A stretch of DNA of 64,000 bases, taken from the NCBI GenBank assembly GCA_039000985.1, contig JAWBMD010000003.1, forward strand, positions 5,979 to 69,978. The letters run 5' to 3'. This DNA comes from Candidatus Aenigmatarchaeota archaeon (GTDB lineage Archaea; Aenigmatarchaeota; Aenigmatarchaeia; CG10238-14; SpSt-28). The notes below the pieces were generated by a model, which searched no databases, had not been told where the DNA came from, and saw nothing but the letters and a program-made list of their open reading frames with translations. Of this stretch, positions 45,232-54,709 are shown one piece after another; the first letter of the stretch is position 1; each line of letters begins with the position of its first letter. A program made the position numbers and the translations under genes.

Positions 45232-45239
45232 GTTCGTTA

Positions 45240-45271
45240 GTCTCATCAAGCTATTTTTGCTCGATGATTTA
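45240..45271 (-). other. About 32-nt hairpin insertion in the 16S 1090 region
   Basis: Lies between GTCAAGTCGG and CTAACGA. Forms TCATCGAGC..GCTTGATGA. Confidence 0.45.
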
Positions 45272-45566
45272 ACCGACTTGACGGCACGCCTCACGGTACG
45301 AGCTGACGGTGGCCATGCACCACCGCTCGGCTTGTCTGGTAAGCCCTTCAGACTGACCATCATCCTGCCGTCTGCGCTGGTAAGATTTCCGGTGTCGAAT
45401 CCAATTGAACCGCACGACCCACCCCTTGTGTGTCCTCCCGCCAATTCCCTTAAGTTTCATCCTTTCGGACGTACTCCCCAGGCGGCCCACTTAACACCTT
45501 CGCTCCGGCACAGGGTACTCCCAAGGAGTACCCCACACCAAGTGGGCATCGTTTACGCCCAGGACT

Positions 45567-45646
45567 TTCCCGCGCAGATGGGGAGCAGTTCATTTCTCAA
45601 AGGATTAGATATTCTTCATATAATCAGAAGATACTCCCAACCACGC
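45567..45646 (-). other. 80-nt insertion in the 16S 785-805 region (putative intron)
   Basis: Splits GGATTAGATACCCCGGT|AGTCCTGGGCGTAAACGATG. Confidence 0.65.
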
Positions 45647-45727
45647 ACCGGGGTATCTAATCCCGATCGCTCCCCTGGGTTTCGTCCCTCACCGTCCGGA
45701 CTGTTCCAGGCAGCCGCCTTCGCCACT

Positions 45728-45924
45728 CACCCAACAGAGGTCGGCTTAAAAAAGACTGTTAGGAGTTTCTCTATAAAAAATAAAAACGTTGTTTTCTTTT
45801 TTCCAAGTAAATTATTTGGCAACTCCTCTAAAAATTGTATTTTTTTTATTGTTAGAATTTCAATAAGTCTTTTAGTCAAAGCTCGAAGCGACTATAATTA
45901 TTGACCGCCAACACTCTGCTGACT
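45728..45924 (-). other. About 197-nt AT-rich insertion in the 16S ~720 region (putative intron)
   Basis: Splits GGACCACCAGT|GGCGAAGGCGGCTGCC. The junction is ambiguous by 3 nt (ACT repeat). No intact ORF. Confidence 0.65.
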
Positions 45925-46238
45925 GGTGGTCCCCATAGGATTAACGGATTTAACCCCTACCCTATGGGTACCGCTGCCCTCTCCCAGCCGCTAGACTAGC
46001 AGTATCTCCCCCAAGCTCACCAGTTTACTGGTGAATTTCAAGGGAGACTTACTAGTCCGGCTACGAACGCTTTAGGCCCAATATTCGTGCTCACCACTTG
46101 GGGCGCGGGTCTTACCGTGGCAGCTGGCACCCGTCTTGCCCACCCCTTATTCGCCCAACCGTTAACATTGGGCAAAAGCTCCTTACCAAAAGGTAAGAAG
46201 CACTCCGGCTACCCTCATCGGGCGTTAACCCATTGTGA

Positions 46239-46273
<35 letters not shown>

Positions 46274-46477
46274 CTCATGTCTCAGAGTCCATCTGGGGGC
46301 TCCCACTTCCATGGCCCCTACCCGTTATAGCCTTGTGGAGCTATTACCTCCACAACAAGCTGATAGGGGATAGTCTCATCCTCGAGCGGCTTCGAACGCC
46401 CCTTTGATATGGAGACATTCCAGTACTCCATATCTATGGGGTATTAGCCCCAGTTTCCCGGGATTATCCCCTTCGAG

Positions 46478-46512
46478 CCAAAAGTGATAGAAATCACTTA
46501 TGGTCTCTCGAG
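46478..46512 (-). other. About 35-nt hairpin insertion near 16S position ~135 (mini-intron or expansion)
   Basis: Lies between duplicated TCGAG pentamers. Forms the hairpin ACCATAAGTGAT..ATCACTTTTGG. Confidence 0.45.
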
Positions 46513-46635
46513 GGTAGATTAACTACCCATTACGCAGCAGTACGCCGAGGGCTTGCCCCTCACGGCTTGCATGGCTTAGTCGTAGCCGGATAGCAGTGAG
46601 CTCTGGTGGGATCAACCAGCATCGAGAATGGCGGG

Positions 46636-46651
46636 AAATTCTCAATCTAGG
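46636..46651 (-). promoter_or_regulatory. 5' strand of the pre-16S processing stem (AAATTCTCAATCTAGG on the + strand)
   Basis: Perfect complement of 43852..43867. Confidence 0.75.
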
Positions 46652-46801
46652 TTTCATCAATTATAATCAACCCGTGTTCTTCTCGAACACGGAATCTAAG
46701 TGACCAAGGCGAAATTTACTTTTCATAAACATCTCTCAACGATTCTTCCAAGTTAGACACTCCTTGGTCAATAATATATATGGAAATTGGAATTTAAATA
46801 T

Positions 46802-47269
46802 CTATAAATTTATTTTACCTCCCCTTATATCTCTTATAATTTCTTTGGGATATTTTCCTTCAACTCTTATACCATTTAAAGATTGAGCAGTACCAAGTAT
46901 AGAAATTACAGATTTTTCTAATGGTAAATCTGGAAATTTTGCTTTTGCAATTTTTTTAATTTGCTCTAATGTTAAATTTGCTAAAACTTTGTTTTTGTCA
47001 TCTACTTTAGCTACTTCTATTTTAGCTTCTTTTTTTATTAAACTTGATGCTGGTGGAATGCCCACTTCTATTCTATATTCTTTCGTTTTCTTATCAACAA
47101 TTATTTTAACTGGAACTTGCATACCTTCATAATCTTTTGTTATCTCATTAATTTTTTGAAAGATTTCTCCAATATTAAGCTTTAACGCTGAAAACTTTGG
47201 AGCTGTTGTTGGACCTGGAGATGCTTTTCCACCTTCTACCAAAATATTTATCTCTTCCTTTTCCTCCAT
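46802..47269 (-). CDS. rpl11: 50S ribosomal protein L11
   Basis: 155 aa. VEGGKASPGPTTAPKFSALKLNIGEI typical of L11. Confidence 0.92.
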   Translation of the reverse strand: MEEKEEINILVEGGKASPGPTTAPKFSALKLNIGEIFQKINEITKDYEGMQVPVKIIVDKKTKEYRIEVGIPPASSLIKKEAKIEVAKVDDKNKVLANLTLEQIKKIAKAKFPDLPLEKSVISILGTAQSLNGIRVEGKYPKEIIRDIRGGKINL

Positions 47270-50200
47270 AAAATTAAAATTGAAATTATTAATATTTGAG
47301 CTATTCCAAAAATTCCATAATCTGAAAGAGAAACTTGAACATATTTTATTTTTACTCTTTCAAAAGCATAAACATTATTATTAGTTTTAAAAAGTGCTTT
47401 TACTTCTATTTCTGCGTCCGCAGAAAATGGTATGAATAATTGAGAAGTTATTTCATCAAATTCATTTGGTTTTAATTCTTTGCTAAAATTTTTTGATAAC
47501 ATTAACTCAACATTGCCACTAACTTTCTTCCAACTTATATTTAAACTATCTAAAACAATTCCTTTGTTTATAACTTTTATCGGAAGCAAAATTTTTCCAA
47601 TTGTTGATATAATGTCTTTTTGAACTATTAAATCTAAATCAAAAGGTCTGAATTTATATTCTGTTATATTATTTATTCTGCTATCCAAACCATCTTCTAC
47701 TCTGCAAACTATTTTGTTATAAATACTAATACACTTATTTCCAGAACATTCAACATCCAAGATAAAATAGGGATCGTAAATAGTACAAACACTACCTACT
47801 TTAGATGTACATGTTTGAGCAAGTGAGCAATCTTCATATTTAGGATTGCAATTAAGCCAGCATTGGAGTGTTGAATTCGAATAAAAATATTCGCCATTTA
47901 TATAATCAAAGTATTTTATATCGGCATTTATAAATAGTTGGTTATCTTTCACATATAAACTAAAATCTTTAAATATTATGAGAGGTAGATAAACAACTAC
48001 ACTATAACTTGCTAATGGCTCAAAACCTTTACTATCTACACCAATATATCCTATTCTACAAGGATTACCCTCAATACTATTAGGACAAATATAATCTGGA
48101 GAATCACAAACAGCATTTATGTAATCTACATAAACATTATATTCTCCAATTTCATTAAAAGTATAGCTATTTGTAACTTGTTGACCACCAGATCTCCAAT
48201 TCAAATCACAAGCCCATAAAAAGCCCGATGTTCTACTTTCATTTATTAAATACTCTCTATCTCGAGAATAAATATAAGAAGGAGGAGGACAACCAGCATA
48301 ATTGTTATGTAATAATCCAACTGGAATTTTTCCTTTATATATCCAAACTAATGTTCCAGGGTAAACTTGTGCAGTTACTCCATTATTACATTCTTCTGTA
48401 ACTGTTGATGAAATCTTAAAACTTATACTTTCTCCCAATCTACAATAATATTTTCCATTTAAATATAAACAGTTGTTTAAAAATTCCAATGTTGGTTGTT
48501 CTCTTATGTGTCCACCATGAGAACATGTAGCACTTGTGTCACATCGATTTAGTATAGAAAATGGTTTAACTAACTGAGAAAAATTTATTCCTTTTAAAGT
48601 ATAGTTAACAATCAAATTATAACTACCTTGCTGAACATTTCCACCAACATAAGCTTCGCAACAATGCCTATCAAAACACAACCATCCCTCTGTACCATAG
48701 TATAAATTACAGTTTTCATTTAGTATATAGGTCGAACTGTCATTCAAAAATATAGTTCCGTTTATAGATTTTTTGTCATCTTCATTTAAGCATTCTGAAA
48801 AATTGGCATATATTGGTATGGAGGAATATGGACAAGATGAGCTAAAATCTCCATAAATAACAAACTCTTTTACAGGTTTAAAAGGACAACCAGTATTTGG
48901 ATCTATTAAATTATTATAAACATTGCATAACCACGAGTTTGGTGTAGAGCATTTATCAATATTATTTGGAACACCATCCATATCAGAATCAAATAAACTA
49001 TAAGAAAAATATGGTGTAGAGTTCCATTCTTCTATCAAATTTTTTGCATACCATTTATAAGTGAATGAGGTGACACCAAATCCTCGTTCAACAGATTTCC
49101 AATATATTCCATATGTATTATTACCATCTATTGTATAATTTGACAAAATTCCTGTTATGTTTGTCTCTAAAATAACAGAACTAGCATTAATAAAACCAGT
49201 ACCGTTAATAGAATCATTCCAGAAAATAGTAAAATTATATCTATTCCATCCTATTCTTTTTATTTCAGCATCATCCCAAATAGGGATAGAAAAAGAAAAA
49301 GATATTAAAAATAAAATCAATAATAAAGGTAATGCTGGTTTCGAGATTTTCTTCATATATAATATTATTCCAAAAACAAAAGTTAAAATAATTATAACAA
49401 TGAGAAGTATTGTTGAAAATGTATTTAAATCTATTAAATTTTTTGAAAATTCAAATGTTTTAGCAAAGCCAGAAGAAAGATCTTTTAAAACGACAAATAT
49501 TCTAAAGCTTTTTGTTGGAATTTTCAACAAATATTCTTTTGAAATAAATTCTTGTCTACTAAAAATTAAGTTATTATTGTTATCTTTAACATCTAAATAA
49601 ATTGGTCTTTTTAGATAAGAACTTGTTTGAATTTTCAAAACAACCTCTTCTTTATTCCAATCGACTAGTTGAATTAAGTAATCGTTTTCATACTGTGAAA
49701 AATCATAAAATAAACAATAATTTTCATACCCAATATCTGCACAAACGTAAAACTTGTTAATATTTTTATCTATTTTATCTTTAATTTCAATTATATTATA
49801 AAGAATGTTATCATTAGAGCTTAGCTTTTCTATAACTTTTTTCCATTCTTTAATTATATTTCTTTTTTCATCTAGCAATGAAATTTTTACATTTATATTA
49901 GTTATTACAGGTTTCGTGTAGTGATCTGGAGAGGTACCAATTTTAACAAATATTGAAAACTCATCATTCTTAACTAATGGTAATTTATCTATTAAAATTT
50001 TTCTTATTTTGGCTGTTTCTCCAAGAACAACAACTCTACTTCTATAAATAGAATAAATATTTCCAGCTTCATCAAAAACTCTTAATAAAATAGAATATGC
50101 ATCTGGCTTTTTAGGAGCTCTAAAATTAAAATCTATAAAATTTGCTCCAGTTTTTAATTTAAATGGAATTTTGGTAGAGAATTCAGAAGTACCGGTTAAT

Positions 50201-50835
50201 AAACAATTAACATCATCCCATTTACAAATTAAAACGTCAAGATAACCATTAAAGTCATTATTTGATTCAAAATAAATCTTTGCATTTATAATAGAATCAG
50301 GTTGAGCAGGAAATCCTATTGGCCCTTTGTAATTATTAAAACTAGTTTTCGTTCTTAGTATTTTTACTTTGGTTTTTTGAAATTCATTTTCAACAAAAAA
50401 ACTTTTATATTTACCTGGGGAAAATATGTAATGAATACCTAAAGATGGAGCTATCGGGTCTGAAATATAAACATCAACTCTATAGTTACCTTTAGCTAAA
50501 ATTATATATTTTTCTATCTTTTTAACTATTTTCCCATATGGAAGCAAAACTATATCATCAACAACAAATTCATCTATTATATTATCACAATCAGATAATT
50601 GAGAAGGATATGTTGGCTCACCACAACCCTCTACTATATCTATAACAATTCTTTGATTTGTTAAAACAAAATTTTCTAGGTTTCTCAATTCTAAGTCAAA
50701 AGATAATTTATTTTCAAAATAAACTAAACCAGTTATAGATACATCAACGCTATTAAACAAAGAAGCTACATCAGCAAATGAAAATGGGAATATTAAAAAT
50801 AATGAAATTAATATTTTTCTTACTTTCATTATCAT
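47248..50835 (-). CDS. Very large Cys-rich surface protein (1195 aa) with signal peptide, internal TM pair and C-terminal TM anchor
   Basis: N-terminal signal, mid-protein TILLIVIIILTFVFGIILY-MKKISKP-ALPLLLILFLISFSFS, many N-x-S/T sequons and Cys. Ends ILILWRKRKR. Confidence 0.7.
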   Translation of the reverse strand: MIMKVRKILISLFLIFPFSFADVASLFNSVDVSITGLVYFENKLSFDLELRNLENFVLTNQRIVIDIVEGCGEPTYPSQLSDCDNIIDEFVVDDIVLLPYGKIVKKIEKYIILAKGNYRVDVYISDPIAPSLGIHYIFSPGKYKSFFVENEFQKTKVKILRTKTSFNNYKGPIGFPAQPDSIINAKIYFESNNDFNGYLDVLICKWDDVNCLLTGTSEFSTKIPFKLKTGANFIDFNFRAPKKPDAYSILLRVFDEAGNIYSIYRSRVVVLGETAKIRKILIDKLPLVKNDEFSIFVKIGTSPDHYTKPVITNINVKISLLDEKRNIIKEWKKVIEKLSSNDNILYNIIEIKDKIDKNINKFYVCADIGYENYCLFYDFSQYENDYLIQLVDWNKEEVVLKIQTSSYLKRPIYLDVKDNNNNLIFSRQEFISKEYLLKIPTKSFRIFVVLKDLSSGFAKTFEFSKNLIDLNTFSTILLIVIIILTFVFGIILYMKKISKPALPLLLILFLISFSFSIPIWDDAEIKRIGWNRYNFTIFWNDSINGTGFINASSVILETNITGILSNYTIDGNNTYGIYWKSVERGFGVTSFTYKWYAKNLIEEWNSTPYFSYSLFDSDMDGVPNNIDKCSTPNSWLCNVYNNLIDPNTGCPFKPVKEFVIYGDFSSSCPYSSIPIYANFSECLNEDDKKSINGTIFLNDSSTYILNENCNLYYGTEGWLCFDRHCCEAYVGGNVQQGSYNLIVNYTLKGINFSQLVKPFSILNRCDTSATCSHGGHIREQPTLEFLNNCLYLNGKYYCRLGESISFKISSTVTEECNNGVTAQVYPGTLVWIYKGKIPVGLLHNNYAGCPPPSYIYSRDREYLINESRTSGFLWACDLNWRSGGQQVTNSYTFNEIGEYNVYVDYINAVCDSPDYICPNSIEGNPCRIGYIGVDSKGFEPLASYSVVVYLPLIIFKDFSLYVKDNQLFINADIKYFDYINGEYFYSNSTLQCWLNCNPKYEDCSLAQTCTSKVGSVCTIYDPYFILDVECSGNKCISIYNKIVCRVEDGLDSRINNITEYKFRPFDLDLIVQKDIISTIGKILLPIKVINKGIVLDSLNISWKKVSGNVELMLSKNFSKELKPNEFDEITSQLFIPFSADAEIEVKALFKTNNNVYAFERVKIKYVQVSLSDYGIFGIAQILIISILILWRKRKR

Positions 50836-50916
50836 AAATAAATTATAAACCTATAGAAATAAATTAAGATAGCTCCCAAATTATTAATACTTTAAATAAA
50901 TAATTTATAAAACTTT

Positions 50917-51498
50917 ATGGAAAGAAAAGAATTAATTGATCTAACATTAGCAATATTATTAGCTACTTTTATTTTTTCATTTCCTAATCTAAGAATAGAG
51001 AATTTTTTCAATTATTTAATAATAGTTTTAATATCTTTTTTGCCACATGAGCTAGCTCATCGTTATTTAGCTAGAAAATTTGGTTATATAGCTTTTTTCC
51101 AAATTTGGCCACAGGGTATACTTATTGCACTTTTAACTTTAATAGCTAGTTATGGTTTAATAAAATTCATAGCTTTAGGGGCTGTTATGATATATCCAAT
51201 ATCTTTTAGAGGTGGATTTTTAATTGAAAAAAGAATATCAATAAAGGAAAATGCACTAATTTCATTAGCAGGTCCTTTAGTTAATATAATTATTTGTATT
51301 TTATCGCTACTAATATATCTAGCAACAAAAATTAATCTTCTTTTATACATAGCTCAAGTAAATGCTTGGATAAGTGTTTTTAATCTTCTTCCTATTTTTC
51401 CATTAGATGGGAGCAAAATATTTGTTTATAGTTATAAAAAATGGATTTTAATATTTTTCTTTTCTTTTATGTTGCTTGTTTTAACCTATATAGGATAA
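50917..51498 (+). CDS. M50-family (site-2 protease-like) membrane metalloprotease, short form
   Basis: HELAH zinc motif and NLLPIFPLDGSKI. 193 aa. Confidence 0.8.
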   Translation: MERKELIDLTLAILLATFIFSFPNLRIENFFNYLIIVLISFLPHELAHRYLARKFGYIAFFQIWPQGILIALLTLIASYGLIKFIALGAVMIYPISFRGGFLIEKRISIKENALISLAGPLVNIIICILSLLIYLATKINLLLYIAQVNAWISVFNLLPIFPLDGSKIFVYSYKKWILIFFFSFMLLVLTYIG

Positions 51499-52209
51499 AG
51501 TTTCCCTTTCCTCTTTTTTCTCTGTAGTAAAGCTTTTAATAAGTTTTCTATATTCTTTTCTTTGATTTTCAACTATTTTATCCAAATCTGACAAATCTAT
51601 TTCTATATTAAGAAATTTTGATAGAACTTCTAGTAATTTTCTACATCCGCCATAATCGTTTTCAAAAAATTTATATGTATCAACCAATATAAGAGATGAC
51701 TTATAGCCATTTTTAACCGAAAAAGCGTAATTCAAACCATTGCAACCTATAATTGTTGAAAATTGTCTGTCATTTTTCAAATTAAGTTCTTTTAAACTTT
51801 TTTCAATTTCTGATGAATTTGTATAAAAGTAAACTTCTGGATTTTCATTTAAAAAATCAATTATCATTGCTCCAAGAGAAATGAAATACTTTACTTTGAA
51901 TTTTTTTGTGAAATTTATTAATTCTTTTGAAAGTTTGTATTGAAAAAAAGATAAACTAGGTTGAAATTCTGAATATACAACAAAAATATTATTTTTGTTA
52001 AAAATTTTTACACATGGAAAATCAACTTCTTTACCTTCTATTATTGAAAATGGTGGAAAATCAAAACTATATATTTTGGCGACTAATTCACCTTTTATTT
52101 TATCTGCAAGAATTTTAGATGCTAAAAGACCAACATTTCCTGTTCCGGCAAATCCACTAACAAATATAGATTCATCTTTTATTTCTGGTATTTTTATGAT
52201 TTCTATCAT
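51481..52209 (-). CDS. PAC2-family proteasome assembly chaperone-like protein
   Basis: 242 aa. SGFAGTGNVGLLASKIL N-terminal pattern. Ends LSYIG. Confidence 0.7.
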   Translation of the reverse strand: MIEIIKIPEIKDESIFVSGFAGTGNVGLLASKILADKIKGELVAKIYSFDFPPFSIIEGKEVDFPCVKIFNKNNIFVVYSEFQPSLSFFQYKLSKELINFTKKFKVKYFISLGAMIIDFLNENPEVYFYTNSSEIEKSLKELNLKNDRQFSTIIGCNGLNYAFSVKNGYKSSLILVDTYKFFENDYGGCRKLLEVLSKFLNIEIDLSDLDKIVENQRKEYRKLIKSFTTEKKEERETLSYIG

Positions 52210-52220
52210 TTTTTAAAAGT

Positions 52221-52338
52221 GCTAGGGACTTCATGGATTTCCCGAGCAAAGATGCTCAGTACTCTCCATATCTCCGAGGAGCTTAACTTCTGTGTTCGGG
52301 ATGGGAACAGGTGTTTCCTCCCCGATTTGGTCCCCAGC
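52221..52338 (-). rRNA. rrf: 5S rRNA
   Basis: Minus strand reads GCTGGGGAC...CCCATCCCGAACACAGAAGTTAAGC...GGAGAGTACTGAGC...GTCCCTAGC. The terminal 9-bp helix I closes. GC-rich island in AT-rich DNA. Confidence 0.88.
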
Positions 52339-52367
52339 ATAATATTATTACATTTAAAATTATTTAT

Positions 52368-54143
52368 ATGAAATTATTAGTTATTATTACTATATTTTTA
52401 CTTTCAATAACTATTTCATTTTCAACTACACCAAAATCTATTACAAGCTTAATAGCCGAGCTAACAATATCTGGCGAAATAGAAATAATTGGTAATATAA
52501 AGGAAATTTCAACTAAAGTATACATACCACAAGAAGGAATTAAAAATATCAGTGTTTATCCAAATAGCTGGAAATTTACTAAAGATGATTTGAATAACAC
52601 AATGATTGAAATAAGTTGGAAAAATCCTTCTAATACTGAAAAATATGAAATAAAAATAGTAATAGAGAATAAAGCAAAATTTTTTGAGAATTTAACAAAA
52701 GAAGAATGGTTTATAGATTTAGCAAAGAAAGAAACAAATTTAACAATTGCAAACGATGAAATAAGAAAGTTAGCTTATGGTAATGAAACTATATTGGAAA
52801 AAGCTATAAGATTGACAAAATGGATAGATGAAAACATAGAATATGATTGGGATGCTTTAGAAAAAAGTATTCTCACACAAAGATCTGCTATAGAAGTTTT
52901 AAAAGAAAGAAAAGGTGTATCTGGAGAAATGTCGAATTTTTTAGTAGCTGCTATGAGAACTCAAAATATACCAGCTAGAGTTGTATTTAGTTATACTTTA
53001 GAAGAAATTGAAGATACAATAGAGCAAAAGGTGGCTCATGGTTGGGCTGAAGTTTATATCGATGGAAAATGGGTACCATTTGATATAACTTTTTTGGAAT
53101 CTGGTTATTTAGACGCTTCTCATATAAAATTTGCTAATTTGTTGGAAAACAATGCTTATGAAAGAACTTCATATCTTGGAATTGGAGATGTTATTGTAAA
53201 AAGAAATCCTTTAAAAATTAAAGTAATAAACTATAGTGTAGCTAATTTTAGTTTAGTTTTAGATGTAAAGGAAGAAACAAAAGGTAATGAAGCCATTTTA
53301 GCTAAGGCTAAAACTTTTGGTCCTTGTAGGTTAGAAAAGTTAGAGCTTATTTCTTGCATCGATTCAAACAAAAAACCTTTATTAAAAATTTTAGATAATG
53401 TAAGGAAATTTTGGTTTTGTAATGAGAAAGAAATAAACTTTTTAATTTTAATTCCACGTATAAAAGAAAATGAAATAATAAAATGTCCAATAACTTTAAT
53501 TAACGAATATGGGTCAATAATTGAAAAGCATATAATAATTGATGGAAATTTTCCAAAGCTGGAGGAGGAGATAATAGAAGGACCAAGTCAAGCCTCAATA
53601 CTTGAAAAAATAAAATTAAAAACAAAATCAAGCGGAATATGGTTTTCACCAAATTTCACTTTAAGCAAATATGGTAATGAAATAGAATTACAATTAAATA
53701 AGCCTGGAAAATATAAGCTTTATTTTTATTCAAATGGAAAATTTGGTGAAAAGGAAATAGAAATTTTAGATGTAAAAGAGTTTGAGTTTGTTAATATTGA
53801 ATTACCAAAAAAAGTTGAATTTAAAAAGGCATTTAGCATTAATGTAACTATAAAAAATCTTTTGAACAAAACAAATAATGCAAAAATGAAAATTGAATTC
53901 CAAAACAAAGAAAAAATTTTTTACATAACATTTAATCCGTTAGAAGAAAAATTATTAGCATTAAATTTAACAGCTGAAAAAGATGAAATTAGCAAAATAG
54001 TTTTATCGGTAGAGGGGAAAACATTAAATACTTATATAACTTTTGTTGAAGTTAGCAAGCAAATTAACATAATAGATATTTTGATTAAAATTCTTGAAAA
54101 GTTATTTTCTATTTTTATTATTCTACTTGGAGTAACAATATAA
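52368..54143 (+). CDS. Secreted/anchored transglutaminase-like domain protein
   Basis: Start set at MKLLVIITIF (52368) because the track start lies inside the 5S gene. Core GVSGEMSNFLVAAMRTQNIPARVV...HGWAEVYIDGKWVPFDITF. C-terminal TM. Confidence 0.8.
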   Translation: MKLLVIITIFLLSITISFSTTPKSITSLIAELTISGEIEIIGNIKEISTKVYIPQEGIKNISVYPNSWKFTKDDLNNTMIEISWKNPSNTEKYEIKIVIENKAKFFENLTKEEWFIDLAKKETNLTIANDEIRKLAYGNETILEKAIRLTKWIDENIEYDWDALEKSILTQRSAIEVLKERKGVSGEMSNFLVAAMRTQNIPARVVFSYTLEEIEDTIEQKVAHGWAEVYIDGKWVPFDITFLESGYLDASHIKFANLLENNAYERTSYLGIGDVIVKRNPLKIKVINYSVANFSLVLDVKEETKGNEAILAKAKTFGPCRLEKLELISCIDSNKKPLLKILDNVRKFWFCNEKEINFLILIPRIKENEIIKCPITLINEYGSIIEKHIIIDGNFPKLEEEIIEGPSQASILEKIKLKTKSSGIWFSPNFTLSKYGNEIELQLNKPGKYKLYFYSNGKFGEKEIEILDVKEFEFVNIELPKKVEFKKAFSINVTIKNLLNKTNNAKMKIEFQNKEKIFYITFNPLEEKLLALNLTAEKDEISKIVLSVEGKTLNTYITFVEVSKQINIIDILIKILEKLFSIFIILLGVTI

Positions 54144-54709
54144 TCAACTTTTGTATCAAATTCGTTATGTGGAACTTTATCAACAATTTGCAATTCGTGA
54201 ACAGTTGTTGCTACTGTAATCTTACCAAATTTTTTTAAAAACATTTTTATTTCTTTATCACCATAGCCACCACCTTTACCTAATCTCCAACCTTCTTTAT
54301 CAACTGCAACACAACCAGTAACTATTAAATCTGGTTTTATTAGTTCAGTTAATCTTTTTCCATACTTAAAAGCACCAGAAATTTTAGAAGCTTTTTCTTC
54401 AATACCTTTAACATGATTTGGATTAATTAGTAAAAAACCTTGCTTCAATTTTGGACTAGCCATTATCAAAATTTTTCCCTCCTTTAAAGCTAATTCTCTA
54501 ACTTTTTGTTGAGCAAAATCTGGATTTGCAAATATTGTTTTAGCATTTTTCCATTCAGGTAAGCTTGTTAATAATTCCGCTGCTTTATCAGAACCTTCAA
54601 AATTAGGAATTCTATTTTTTAATGGTAAGGGAAATCTTGATAATCCTTTTTCTTCTAATAGCTTCCAAATTTTTTCTCTTAACTTTCTTTTTTCATTTTG
54701 AATATTCAT
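54032..54709 (-). CDS. 5-formyltetrahydrofolate cyclo-ligase family protein
   Basis: 225 aa. KRKLREKIW N-terminus, GKGGGYGDKE and VDYIVTP motifs. The roughly 35-aa hydrophobic tail overlaps the convergent gene. Confidence 0.8.
   Translation of the reverse strand: MNIQNEKRKLREKIWKLLEEKGLSRFPLPLKNRIPNFEGSDKAAELLTSLPEWKNAKTIFANPDFAQQKVRELALKEGKILIMASPKLKQGFLLINPNHVKGIEEKASKISGAFKYGKRLTELIKPDLIVTGCVAVDKEGWRLGKGGGYGDKEIKMFLKKFGKITVATTVHELQIVDKVPHNEFDTKVDYIVTPSRIIKIENNFSRILIKISIMLICLLTSTKVI

Noticed and set aside
52311-52367. Upstream start of the transglutaminase-like ORF (MFPPRFGPQH...)
   Set aside because: This segment is the 5' part of the 5S rRNA gene on the opposite strand. The signal-peptide-like MKLLVIITIF at 52368 is the sensible start.
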